NCBI GenBank assembly: GCA_017743535.1 | Contig: JAGHYT010000002.1 | Span: 22,736-86,735, forward strand | Direction of reading: 5' to 3' | Source: Chloroflexus sp. | GTDB taxonomy: Bacteria; Chloroflexota; Chloroflexia; Chloroflexales; Chloroflexaceae | Length of the DNA stretch: 64,000 nucleotides | Shown here: one piece after another, positions 20,183 to 29,339 of the stretch | Layout of the letters: every line of letters begins with the position of its first letter | Position numbering within the stretch: the stretch's first letter is position 1 | The notes under the pieces: model-generated | Databases searched by the model: none | What the model was told of the DNA's origin: nothing | The model's input: the letters and a program-made list of their open reading frames with translations, nothing else | Translations under genes and position numbers: made by a program

Positions 20183-20959
20183 TCACACCGTATGCCGGGC
20201 CAGCGCCTGATACAAGACCTGGTATGGCTGGGTACCCACTAAACGTTCAACAACCCGCCCGTCCTTGAATATGTACAGTGCTGGAATGCCGGTAATGCCA
20301 AACCGCTGTGCCGTATATGGGTTTTCGTCTACATTGAGCTTGGCGACCACAGCGCGTCCGGCAAACTCGTGCGCCAGTCGCTCGACTGCCGGGGCAACTG
20401 CACGGCATGGCCCGCACCACGGTGCCCAGAAATCGACTAACACCGGTTGCTTGCTCTGCCCAACGATCTGATCGAAAGTGGCATCACTGAGCACCACCAG
20501 TCCAACCTGTTGATGTCGCTCAGCCGTTGAGCCGTGCGTCGATGGTTTGGAATGAGTTGTACCATTTGCTGTAGCCGCTGATGATTGAAGTGGTACACTC
20601 GGCCCTTTTGGTAATGGCGGCTGCGATCCACCATCACTCAGATACTGTAACCACGTCTGCAATGCGGATTCAGACACTACACCATGTGTCTGCGCTACCG
20701 TTGCGCCGTTGCTGATAAAGACCAGACCCGGCAAATCGGTAATGTTGTATTTCTGTACTAATTGCGGATTATCATCAGCATCGATCCGTGCGAGCAATGC
20801 CTTTCCGGCGAAGCGTTGGGCTAGTCGTTCGAGTGTTGGGTCGAGCTGCTGGCAGGTCGGACAGTTCCGGCGCTCGAAGATCAGGAGTACGGGTAAGCCG
20901 GCCCTTAGCACGCGGTCGATGCTCTGTTCGCTCGTTCGGATTGGAGTTGAAAAGACCAT
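20183..20959 (-). CDS. Tandem two-domain thioredoxin
   Basis: N-domain CPTC and C-domain FWAPWCGPC. Start trimmed to MVFSTP. Confidence 0.88.
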   Translation of the reverse strand: MVFSTPIRTSEQSIDRVLRAGLPVLLIFERRNCPTCQQLDPTLERLAQRFAGKALLARIDADDNPQLVQKYNITDLPGLVFISNGATVAQTHGVVSESALQTWLQYLSDGGSQPPLPKGPSVPLQSSAATANGTTHSKPSTHGSTAERHQQVGLVVLSDATFDQIVGQSKQPVLVDFWAPWCGPCRAVAPAVERLAHEFAGRAVVAKLNVDENPYTAQRFGITGIPALYIFKDGRVVERLVGTQPYQVLYQALARHTV

Positions 20960-21253
20960 AGTTACCCTCGCTACTATGTACAATATGTTGCTATTTTGAA
21001 TGTACGCTGTACAGATAACGCCGGTCATTAAAGATTTGTTAATATCATGTCAGAACATATTGTGGAGCTTGTCCAACTTTTACCTGAGCTGTGCCACGGT
21101 GCATGTGGTAAGCTTCTACAATTTCTGCATTGAGGTAACCCTCGCAAGCAAAATCAGCAAGCTTCAGCGGTGACTTCCGAGGCTAGCCCTGTCGCTACGC
21201 CAACGGATATGATGGGTGAACCGCGCCATTTACACCGACATAGAGTCTTTCAG

Positions 21254-21303
21254 TGCAATCAAGATGCAAACTATTTGCAAAAATCTTGCAAACACGCTAT
21301 ACT
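21254..21303 (+). promoter_or_regulatory. Promoter with four phased TGCAA direct repeats
   Basis: TTGCAA (21275-80), 17 bp, TATACT (21298-303). TGCAA at 21254, 21265, 21276 and 21287. Confidence 0.6.
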
Positions 21304-21393
21304 AGACGCAGAAGTCGCGGCGACGGGGCCGCTCTGGTCATTGTTGCTGCGGCGCTTTTTGTTGCGCCCGGCGAAAATGTGTGGAGAGATTCA

Positions 21394-21660
21394 ATGCAAA
21401 CCTACTTTCGTCAGCGCATCGAAGTTCTAACGGCACGTCTGGACAATCTCCGTGCGAGTCTGGAACGGGCACGGCAGTCGGTGACACGCCTGGAAAACGA
21501 ATCTGTTCCGGCAGGGGCTACTGCATTGGCCCGCGCTGCACAACTTTCGGCAGCTCGGGCAATGGCCGCTACACTGGCTGATCGCGAGCGCCATCTGCTG
21601 ATTGCTATTCAATCGTTGCAGGCTGAGCTTGCCGATCAGCAGTTGACCGAACACGAATAG
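21394..21660 (+). CDS. Small hypothetical coiled-coil protein (88 aa)
   Basis: RBS GGAGAG before the ATG at 21394; helical heptad pattern. Confidence 0.65.
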   Translation: MQTYFRQRIEVLTARLDNLRASLERARQSVTRLENESVPAGATALARAAQLSAARAMAATLADRERHLLIAIQSLQAELADQQLTEHE

Positions 21661-21666
21661 AGCATA

Positions 21667-21695
21667 GTGGGGGCAGACCTGGCATCTACCCCCAC
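21667..21695. repeat. REP-like palindrome between convergent genes
   Basis: GTGGGGGCAGA-CCTGGCA-TCTACCCCCAC. Confidence 0.6.
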
Positions 21696-21756
21696 ATCAG
21701 CATAACAGTCTGCGGTCGAGTGATGAATCAGGTCTGATCTGGTGCTGCTGCTCGAC

Positions 21757-22791
21757 CTACGGATGTAAACCGGTAAACGTCAGAGCTGTTGTCTCGGCAA
21801 ATCCACACATCAGGTTCATGCACTGTACGGCACTCCCTGCCGCTCCCTTCATCAAGTTATCAATTGCACAGATGCTGACGATCCGACGTGACGCTGGTTC
21901 GTAGGCGAAGCCAATGTCAGCATAATTGGTCCCGGCCACAATTTTTGGTTCAGGGTAGCGATAAATGCCTTGTCGCTCTTTCACGATGCGGATGAACGGT
22001 TGTTCGCGCGCAAAGGCTCGGTAGGCTTGCCAGAGATCCTTCTCGCTCAGATCGCGGCTGGCGAAGACGTGCACGGTCGCCAGCGCACCACGAACCAGCT
22101 CAATGGCAGTGATTGATAGATGCACGTTGCGCAAACCGGTTACCTGTTCGATTTCGGCCTGATGACGATGACCGACTGGTGCAAAGGAGCGCACAGCGCC
22201 GGATCGTTCTGGGTGATGGCTAGCTTCACTGACGGTTGCGCCGCCTTCCGATGAACCGACCTTGACGTCGGCAATGATGGGCCGATCCCGATCGATAAGA
22301 TCGGCCTGAACCAGCGGTAAAAGGGCGAGGTTGGTGGCAGTGGCGTTACAGCCAACACCACTGGCATAGCGAGCACCGGTGAGGGCCTGTCGGTTTACTT
22401 CTGGGAGGCCGTACACAAAGCGCTCAAGCCACTCTGGTGCCGGATGTGCACTCCCGTACCATTGCTGGTAGACCGCCGGATCACGCAGGCGAAAGTCTGC
22501 CGAACAATCAATGATTCGTTCAGCCAGGCTGGCGTATCGTTCTATCGACTGGGCGGCTTCGCCATGCGGAAGGGCCAGAAAAAGCAGATCGCACGGTTGC
22601 AGTTGATCGGGGTGAACAAACTGAAGGTTAGTACGCCCACGTAGGTTTGGGTGTACCTGATACAGATAACGTCCTGCATTCCGGGCACTCGTGGCCTGGA
22701 GAATTGAGACATGAGGATGATCGAGCAAGAGACGCAGGAGTTCACCGCCTACATAACCGCTCGCGCCTACAATGCTTACGCGCAGTGTCAT
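21757..22791 (-). CDS. lysY: [LysW]-aminoadipyl-phosphate / N-acetyl-gamma-glutamyl-phosphate reductase (ArgC family)
   Basis: GASGYVGGEL, LALPHG, GVGCNATA and IDNLMKGAAG motifs; lies directly after lysX. Confidence 0.88.
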   Translation of the reverse strand: MTLRVSIVGASGYVGGELLRLLLDHPHVSILQATSARNAGRYLYQVHPNLRGRTNLQFVHPDQLQPCDLLFLALPHGEAAQSIERYASLAERIIDCSADFRLRDPAVYQQWYGSAHPAPEWLERFVYGLPEVNRQALTGARYASGVGCNATATNLALLPLVQADLIDRDRPIIADVKVGSSEGGATVSEASHHPERSGAVRSFAPVGHRHQAEIEQVTGLRNVHLSITAIELVRGALATVHVFASRDLSEKDLWQAYRAFAREQPFIRIVKERQGIYRYPEPKIVAGTNYADIGFAYEPASRRIVSICAIDNLMKGAAGSAVQCMNLMCGFAETTALTFTGLHP

Positions 22792-22919
22792 TGCTTGCCT
22801 CGTAAGAAAAAAGAGAGACGTTTAAGATATGCTAGCTGGCGGGGATACGTTTAGCACCCGTCCCTGCCTGTGCCGACAAGATTTTACAGCATTTCTCCAA
22901 AATACATCTTGTGATGTCT

Positions 22920-22944
22920 GGGCGGGCTGGAAACCCGCCCCTAC
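22920..22944. repeat. GTAG-type REP palindrome
   Basis: Reverse complement reads GTAGGGGCGGGTTTCCAGCCCGCCC. Confidence 0.7.
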
Positions 22945-22985
22945 CAGTACGATGGCTTGAGTGTGGCCGGAGAACAATCGCTCAT

Positions 22986-23834
22986 CTACCCACGACCACG
23001 CCCAACATCAAGGACATAGTCGATAATACGGGCCGGAATATCAACGCCGGTCGTGTCGATGCTATTCCGAAACTCCATCGTGTAATTCACTTCGTTTACC
23101 AGTAATTCCCCTTCAGGTGTTTCCAGAATATCGATAGCGAGCACACCACCTCCAACGGCATGCGCGGCGCGCACGCTGAGATCGGCCAGTTCGGGGGTTA
23201 CCGGGCAGTTTGTTGCAACTCCACCGCGCGCTGTGTTCGTGATCCAGTGTGGGCTGGTACGGTAGATTGCCGCAATGCACTCGTCGCCGATCACGAAACT
23301 ACGAATATCGCGCCCCGGTTTGTTGATGTACTGTTGAATGTAGAAGATAGAGTGCTGATAGTTTCCCAGGACATCACGGTGCTCTAAAATCGCTTCAGCC
23401 GCATCCCGATCGTTGATTTTACTCACCATCCGCCCCCACGAGCCAATAACCGGCTTGAGCACCACCGGGTATCCGAGCTGTTCAATCGCTTCCAACGCGC
23501 TTTCTGGCGTAAAGGCCAGCAAACAGCGTGGCGTTGGCACACCAGCGTGGATAAGGGCCTGCGTGGTCAGGAATTTGTCGCCACAGGTGAGGGCAACGTG
23601 GTACGTATTGACGGTTGGTATGCCAGCATCGTTGAAGATTTTGAGCATGTAGAGTGCACGACTGTGCTGGATACATCGTTCGAGAACGACGTCGAAGGGG
23701 TAGGTTGTGGTATGCAGGTCAAAGATTTGCTCGCGGTCATCAATTTTGACATAATCGAGACCACGACGCTCAAGCTCCTGGAAGAGGAGTTTCTCTTCAG
23801 CGCGAATACGCGAACAAAGGACGGCAATGCGCAT
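22986..23834 (-). CDS. lysX: Alpha-aminoadipate--LysW ligase (ATP-grasp, RimK family)
   Basis: [18 protein letters not shown] and [12 protein letters not shown] motifs. Start trimmed to MRIAVL. Confidence 0.93.
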   Translation of the reverse strand: MRIAVLCSRIRAEEKLLFQELERRGLDYVKIDDREQIFDLHTTTYPFDVVLERCIQHSRALYMLKIFNDAGIPTVNTYHVALTCGDKFLTTQALIHAGVPTPRCLLAFTPESALEAIEQLGYPVVLKPVIGSWGRMVSKINDRDAAEAILEHRDVLGNYQHSIFYIQQYINKPGRDIRSFVIGDECIAAIYRTSPHWITNTARGGVATNCPVTPELADLSVRAAHAVGGGVLAIDILETPEGELLVNEVNYTMEFRNSIDTTGVDIPARIIDYVLDVGRGRG

Positions 23835-23896
23835 AGTTGGTTTCTCCCTTGAAACGAGCGGAGCCGATAGTTGCAGCTCCGCACCACCTTTTGTCT

Positions 23897-24064
23897 CTAC
23901 TCGCCCCAATCCTCTTCGACCTCAGGCGCCAGGACAAGGGTCGGTGGATCGAGACTCACAACTTCCAGTTCGGCGCCGCAATCAGGACAGGCAATGATTT
24001 CGTTGGTGAGCGTACCATCGGGTAGAGCAATCTGGGCGCCACATTCCGGGCATTCGGCATGCAT
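23897..24064 (-). CDS. lysW: Amino-group carrier protein LysW (copy 2)
   Basis: MHAECPECG...[10 protein letters not shown]...EVEEDWGE; 55 aa; upstream RBS AAAGGAG. Confidence 0.95.
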   Translation of the reverse strand: MHAECPECGAQIALPDGTLTNEIIACPDCGAELEVVSLDPPTLVLAPEVEEDWGE

Positions 24065-24094
24065 AGGGGTTGCTCCTTTCAATTCTCTATGTGC

Positions 24095-24262
24095 TTACTC
24101 ACCCCAATCCTCTTCGACCTCAGGCGCCAGGGCAAGGGTCGGTGGACTGAGACTGATAACCTCTAGCTCAGCACCACAATCAGGGCAGGCAATGATCTCG
24201 CTCTCAAGGGTATTGGCCGGCAGAGTGATGAGTGCGACACATTCAGGGCATTCGGCATGCAT
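24095..24262 (-). CDS. lysW: Amino-group carrier protein LysW (copy 1; absent from ORF track)
   Basis: Hand translation: [55 protein letters not shown]; RBS AAAGGAG. Confidence 0.93.
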   Translation of the reverse strand: MHAECPECVALITLPANTLESEIIACPDCGAELEVISLSPPTLALAPEVEEDWGE

Positions 24263-24276
24263 TGCAAGTTCTCCTT

Positions 24277-25275
24277 TCAGGGTTGGATCGTCAACTGTTC
24301 AAGAATGGCATCAGCAACTTCACGGGTGGTAGCCTCACCACCAACATCAGGGGTACAAATTCCTGCGGTAGCCACGGCAGCGATCGCTCGCCGCAGGTGA
24401 TCGGCAGCTTGTGGCCGATTGAGCCAATCGAGCAACATCACCACACAGTTGAGAGCTGCGGTTGGATTGGCAATTCCACGTCCGGCAATATCAGGCGCTG
24501 CGCCATGTACCGGTTCAAAGAGCGCCCGATCCTGACCGAGATTGCTGCTGGCAGCAACACCCAGACCACCACCGTGAATGCAGGCGATATCCGACAGAAT
24601 ATCGCCGAATAGGTTCGTGGTGACAATGACATCAAAGCGTTGTGGTTGGGCAGCCAGTTGCATCGCTGCTACATCAACCAGTCGTTCTTCAAAGGTAAGC
24701 TCAGGGTAGTCGGCAGCGATCTCAAACGCCACGGTACGGAACAGACCGTCGCTGACCCGTAGCACGTTGGCTTTATGGACAATAGTCACTTTGCCGGGAT
24801 GACCGGCCGTCTGGCGTGTGCGGGCCAGTTCGCAGGCGGTACGGACAATTCGAGCCGATGCGGCGCGGGTAATGACTCGTTCGGTGATAGCGGTATTGCC
24901 GTCGTCTTCAAGTCGTTCCCGGCCACTGTACAGGTCTTCGGTATTTTCGCGCACGACGACTAGATCGACCCCTGGGCCAGTGGTAGGTCGGATGTTTGCG
25001 TAGAGATCGAGGGTGCGGCGTAATTCGACGATAGGACTGCGGTAACCAGGTACCGGATAGCTAGGTGAAGCGACGGCGCCAAAGAGGATCGCCGTTGCCT
25101 CACGGGCTAGCTCTAGAGTTGCGTCGGGTAGCGCCGTCCCCGTGCGCTGAAAAACACCCCATCCGGCTTCAGCTTCAATGAGCGTAAGGTCAGGGGCCAG
25201 TCGCCGTAGAGCATCTGTTGCAACGGCCATCACTTCCGGGCCGATCCCATCACCAGGAATCACGCAGATGTTCAT
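24277..25275 (-). CDS. Homoisocitrate dehydrogenase (isocitrate/isopropylmalate dehydrogenase family)
   Basis: [30 protein letters not shown] and [12 protein letters not shown] motifs; lysine-cluster context. Confidence 0.88.
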   Translation of the reverse strand: MNICVIPGDGIGPEVMAVATDALRRLAPDLTLIEAEAGWGVFQRTGTALPDATLELAREATAILFGAVASPSYPVPGYRSPIVELRRTLDLYANIRPTTGPGVDLVVVRENTEDLYSGRERLEDDGNTAITERVITRAASARIVRTACELARTRQTAGHPGKVTIVHKANVLRVSDGLFRTVAFEIAADYPELTFEERLVDVAAMQLAAQPQRFDVIVTTNLFGDILSDIACIHGGGLGVAASSNLGQDRALFEPVHGAAPDIAGRGIANPTAALNCVVMLLDWLNRPQAADHLRRAIAAVATAGICTPDVGGEATTREVADAILEQLTIQP

Positions 25276-25775
25276 TGCCCTACCTCTCCGGGAAAGCGAC
25301 CGTACTGACGGTAGAAGGGGACGATGCCACCGGCTGCCCAGACTTCACGCAAAAAGAGTGGCGGTGGCGGCAAATGTATCACCCGGCCATCAGCAGTAGT
25401 AATGCGACTTTGCTCCAGATCAAGTTCGACCTCATCACCATCGGCAAGTTCCTTGGTCAAATCGGCGGTAAAGCAGGGAATGCCGAGATTCAGCGCATTA
25501 CGGAAGAAAATGCGCGCAAAGAGCGGGGCGATAATTGCGCCAATACCGACCATACGTAGCGCAAGAGGTGCGTATTCTCGTGAGCTACCGCAACCGAAAT
25601 TTTTCCCGGCCACGATAATATCACCAGGGCGCACATTTGGGGCGAAATCGGGGCGATGTTCGATAAATGGATACCGACGCAATTCGCTCTCGTCTTTGAG
25701 CATATACGGCGCATAACGACCAGGAACAATCTGGTCGGTGTTAACATCAGGGCCAAAAAGCCAGACACGAGCCAT
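25272..25775 (-). CDS. lysU: Homoaconitase small subunit (LeuD-like)
   Basis: VNTDQIVPGRY and AGKNFGCGSSRE motifs. Confidence 0.85.
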   Translation of the reverse strand: MARVWLFGPDVNTDQIVPGRYAPYMLKDESELRRYPFIEHRPDFAPNVRPGDIIVAGKNFGCGSSREYAPLALRMVGIGAIIAPLFARIFFRNALNLGIPCFTADLTKELADGDEVELDLEQSRITTADGRVIHLPPPPLFLREVWAAGGIVPFYRQYGRFPGEVGQ

Positions 25776-25792
25776 TGGATACCTCTCTTTCT

Positions 25793-27043
25793 TTAGTGAG
25801 CGACAGCCGGCGACCTATCCATCACCGTGCGTGGATCAGTCAGATAACCGGTAAGCGCAGTTGCGGCGGCTACTGCCGGTGAGGCCAGGTAAATCTGCGC
25901 TTCAGGGCTACCCATTCGCCCACGGAAGTTGCGGTTACCGGTAAAGACACACACCTCACCGGGGGCCAGCACACCCATATGGCGACCGATACACGCACCG
26001 CATCCCGGTGTACCGATGGTTGCCCCAGCCGCCAGCAGGGTGGCAAGCGTGCCATCAGCCGCGGCACGCTGTAATGCCTGGGCACTGGCCGGGACGACAA
26101 TCATCCGCACTCCAGGGGCCAGTCGCCGTCCGGCTAAAATCTGGGCAGCAACAGCCATATCTTCATAGTGACCGTTAGTACAGGTGCCGAGATAGACGAC
26201 ATCAACTGCTACCTGCCCTAGCTCACTCAGATCGACAACATTGTCAACATAATGCGGCGCCGAAACCTGTGGCTCGAGTCGGCTTAGATCGATGTCGACC
26301 ACCTCTTGATACTGAGCGTCGGCATCGATTGTCGGGACAAGCGGGCCGGTTACAGACAATCCGGTTGGTGGTACGATACCTGCTTTCGCGCCCATTTCAA
26401 TTGAAAGAGTCGCCAACGTCATACGCTCCATCACACTTAGATGCTCGACACCGTGCCACTCAATTGCAGCATACGTTGCTCCGTCAGCGCGTAAGATACG
26501 GGCAGCGCGGAGCGCCAGGTCTTTAGGACCGACTCCAAAGCCAAACGTTCCGTGAGCGCGCACTACAATTGTTTCAGGAACTCGTAGCCAGGTCTTACCG
26601 GTCGCAAGCGCCAGTGCAATATCGGTACTGCCCATACCAGTACCGAATGCGCCGATACAACCGTAGGCAGTACTGTGACTGTCACTACCCAAAATGAGCA
26701 TCCCTGGTTGAGCCAGGCCCTCTTCCACTAACACTGGATGCGAAATGCCGCGACCGACATCAAACAGGTTCGGAATACCCTGAGCACGAACCCAGCGTCG
26801 CACCTCTTGCTGCTTCTCGGCTGTCTGGACACTGGCCGCCGGGGCAACGTGGTCGATCACAACAGCTACCCGTTGAGCGTCCCATACCCGGTCGGCTCCC
26901 AATTCATTGTGCAAGATGCGAATGATCCCCGGGGCAAGACTATCGTGAACCATCACCAGATCGACATTTGCCGTCACCACATCGCCAGCACGTACCGGTC
27001 TTCCGGCGACACGGCTTAAAATCTGCTCACTCATTGTTGGCAT
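25793..27043 (-). CDS. lysT: Homoaconitase large subunit (LeuC-like, 4Fe-4S)
   Basis: DSHST, GTCTNG, CGACIG and NRNFRGRMG motifs. Confidence 0.88.
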   Translation of the reverse strand: MPTMSEQILSRVAGRPVRAGDVVTANVDLVMVHDSLAPGIIRILHNELGADRVWDAQRVAVVIDHVAPAASVQTAEKQQEVRRWVRAQGIPNLFDVGRGISHPVLVEEGLAQPGMLILGSDSHSTAYGCIGAFGTGMGSTDIALALATGKTWLRVPETIVVRAHGTFGFGVGPKDLALRAARILRADGATYAAIEWHGVEHLSVMERMTLATLSIEMGAKAGIVPPTGLSVTGPLVPTIDADAQYQEVVDIDLSRLEPQVSAPHYVDNVVDLSELGQVAVDVVYLGTCTNGHYEDMAVAAQILAGRRLAPGVRMIVVPASAQALQRAAADGTLATLLAAGATIGTPGCGACIGRHMGVLAPGEVCVFTGNRNFRGRMGSPEAQIYLASPAVAAATALTGYLTDPRTVMDRSPAVAH

Positions 27044-27064
27044 ATATGTATCCTCCGTTTACGT

Positions 27065-28192
27065 TTACTCGGCGTAGCTGTACAGAATCTCATCGATCAT
27101 CGCGCCATCGAGGTCGTGTTCATCACCAAGTGCCTTGATACGGGCCGCAGCAGCACGCGCCTGTGCTTCACTGAGCGTAATCCCTAATTCGCGGGCACGT
27201 TCAGCTACTGCATGCCAGCCCACCAACCGATGGGCAATCGCAATCGTGCGTTGGCGACCAAATAGATTTGGATCGAGCACTTCATAGCTACGTGGATCGG
27301 CCAGGACGGCTTTCGTATGCATACCGGCTTTGTGGTGGAACGCAGTCGGGCTGGTGATGCACTGATTAAACGGAATCTCAATTCCAAGCATCGTCGCTAC
27401 CGTCTCGTCAATTTTGGGCAGGAGATCGAGACGGTATCGTTGGACACGGCTCGGATCGATGCTGGCAATCCGCGCAATCATTCCACTCAAGCTGGCAATC
27501 CCGTTACGCTCACCAATACCAAGCACGGTGACATCGAGATGCGTAGCACCGGCTTCATACGCTGTAAAGGTATTAGCAATAGCGCAGCCGCTATCGTTAT
27601 GACCGTGAAACTCGATGTCGCATGTCACTTCGGCACGTACTGCGCGAACGACATCGTAGACCTGCCGCGGGGTGGCAATCCCTACCGTATCGGCGAGACC
27701 AATACGTTGTACACCCATTGTTTCGACTGCGCGATAAATACGGATTAGGTCAGCGAGGTCGGTGCGGAAGCTGTCTTCACACGAAAAGCGAACCTCGATA
27801 TCGTGATCGCGGAGGTAGGTAATCACTTGTTCAGCTTCAGCCAGAATCTCGCTCAGGCTACGACCGTGGCTGACCGTGCGTAACGGTTCAGACGTGGCAA
27901 ACAGTAGGTTCGCGCCCTGCGCACCGTGTTCAACGGCCAGCCGGGCATCGGCCATATGACAACGGATATGAGTGAGGATACGGGCACGAAAGCCGTGTCG
28001 GGCAATGGTTGCCAGATCGCGAGCACTTTGTGGTGATGCAGCGGGGGAAGTGAGTTCGATATACTCGATGCCAAAGGCATCAAGCATTTCAGCGATAGCC
28101 AGGCGTTGGGCTGAGGTAAAACGGGCGCTGGCGAATTGCTCGCCTTCGCGCAAAGTCGTATCAACGAAAAATAAGCGCTCAGGCAGTGACAT
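27065..28192 (-). CDS. hcs: Homocitrate synthase
   Basis: DTTLREGEQ, FSCEDSFR, ADTVG, HGHNDSGCA and HKAGMHTKAV motifs. Confidence 0.93.
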   Translation of the reverse strand: MSLPERLFFVDTTLREGEQFASARFTSAQRLAIAEMLDAFGIEYIELTSPAASPQSARDLATIARHGFRARILTHIRCHMADARLAVEHGAQGANLLFATSEPLRTVSHGRSLSEILAEAEQVITYLRDHDIEVRFSCEDSFRTDLADLIRIYRAVETMGVQRIGLADTVGIATPRQVYDVVRAVRAEVTCDIEFHGHNDSGCAIANTFTAYEAGATHLDVTVLGIGERNGIASLSGMIARIASIDPSRVQRYRLDLLPKIDETVATMLGIEIPFNQCITSPTAFHHKAGMHTKAVLADPRSYEVLDPNLFGRQRTIAIAHRLVGWHAVAERARELGITLSEAQARAAAARIKALGDEHDLDGAMIDEILYSYAE

Positions 28193-28289
28193 AGCGGAGC
28201 ACCTCTCTCACTTGACATGAGCCAAAGAGTTCTGGTCGGCAGTAGCGTGGCGTGTAAGCGACTGGGCTGACAGTTACGTACCGTTTCAT
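28179..28289 (-). CDS. Putative 36-aa uORF overlapping the homocitrate synthase start
   Basis: GGAGGG RBS followed by MKRYVTVSPVAYTPRYCRPELFGSCQVREVLRYVTA*; overlaps hcs by 14 nt. Confidence 0.4.
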   Translation of the reverse strand: MKRYVTVSPVAYTPRYCRPELFGSCQVREVLRYVTA

Positions 28290-28311
28290 AGTTCCCTCCA
28301 TACAAACTGTT

Positions 28312-28386
28312 GACCCGGCGCACCGTTGGTCTGGTGAGCCGGGTCTTGTCTCTTGCGCGCAGCAGACAAGCGTAGCTAACCAGACC
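28312..28386 (-). promoter_or_regulatory. Putative attenuator with mutually exclusive helices
   Basis: 8-bp stem 28338-45/28312-19 competes with an 8-bp pairing 28379-86/28328-35; nested 7-bp hairpin 28364-70/28345-51. Confidence 0.6.
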
Positions 28387-28444
28387 TTTCGTCCGGCTTC
28401 TTCGCGTGCTTGTTCTGCTTGGCGGAAAAGGTTACGTTTCTCAT
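28376..28444 (-). CDS. Lysine-rich leader peptide (22 aa)
   Basis: Hand translation: MRNVTFSAKQNKHAKKPDERSG*. Four Lys codons, directly upstream of the lysine cluster. Confidence 0.7.
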   Translation of the reverse strand: MRNVTFSAKQNKHAKKPDERSG

Positions 28445-28453
28445 AGCGCCACG

Positions 28454-28482
28454 AATATACCAGGAGTCGGGGGTTGTGTCAA
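28454..28482 (-). promoter_or_regulatory. Sigma70-type promoter of the lysine operon
   Basis: TTGACA (28482-77), 17 bp, TATATT (28459-54); 9 nt before the leader ATG. Confidence 0.75.
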
Positions 28483-28520
28483 GTGTGGCAATGTCGAAGA
28501 GATGGCTGTGCAATGTCCTC

Positions 28521-28724
28521 AGAGCCTAATCAAAAACCGGATTTCTTATTGGGAACGTACCGTGCTCGCGCAACCATTGCGTGAGGGGGGGCCAACATGC
28601 TTTCGCCAAGCTACGTCACCCCTTCCTTGCCTCGTGTGGGAGCGGAAGGGGGCCAGGGGGAAGGTGAGGGTGGCACCAGCCTGCTGAGTGCCCGATCAAA
28701 ACCACGAGTTTCCGATCACGCTCT
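28521..28724. repeat. Dispersed MITE/REP-like element, copy 2
   Basis: Starts AGAGCCTAATCAAAAA and ends TTTCCGATCACGCTCT (imperfect inverted repeat). Shares the core GTGTGGGAG..GGAAGGGGGCCAGGGGGAAGGTGAGGG with copy 1. Confidence 0.7.
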
Positions 28725-28986
28725 CAGTTTTTGAGAGAGTGTCTTTCACAGACTCGTACAGTTTTCCGAAGCGTGTGCGCAGCCAGCCCAGATTGCGTGG
28801 TGCGTAGCAATCGGAACCCGCTCTGCATTGCGATGATGGCTATGATCGGCGCGACTCCCATCTCCTGGTGTCAGTACAGCCGGGTAGGGATGAAAATAGT
28901 TTTTCAGACAGACGTTCATAGCGCCGCGGTGATGTCTTTTATAACGAAATAGTATGAATACACTCTTGAATTTAGAAAGATTTATG

Positions 28987-29015
28987 TTGACAAATTTTTT
29001 ATATTAGCATATACT
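28987..29015 (+). promoter_or_regulatory. Near-consensus sigma70 promoter
   Basis: TTGACA, 17 bp, TATACT. Confidence 0.7.
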
Positions 29016-29192
29016 TGCACACAATGTTAGCCGGTTCGCAGTGGCGACATCGCCCATCTGATGTTTCGGTTCCTTACCGTGTCACGGTCTGTTTTCGTCA
29101 AGTCGTATGTTAAACCTGATTGTTCGGAAGCATTCTTCTCATAACTTGAATAATCGTCTCACAGTACGGCGGATGAAACCTGATACATGCAC

Positions 29193-29213
29193 GGGCACAG
29201 CGCCGCTGTGCCC
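29193..29213. repeat. REP-like palindrome
   Basis: GGGCACAGCGCCGCTGTGCCC. Confidence 0.6.
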
Positions 29214-29339
29214 CAACCCGATCTTCTTCTGCGATAGGGTATTCTGGATAGGCGCTAAACCTGCTAGCACACACCGAAGTGGGATACGCTTACTATGTTC
29301 ACGCGGCACACGATAGATCACGATTGACGCAGGTATCTT

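Noticed and set aside
27853-28323. 156-aa minus-strand ORF over the hcs start, and other long shadow ORFs (e.g. 40585-41418, 53443-54162, 47433-48140)
   Set aside because: They overlap well-supported genes in another frame or strand and have no recognisable motifs.
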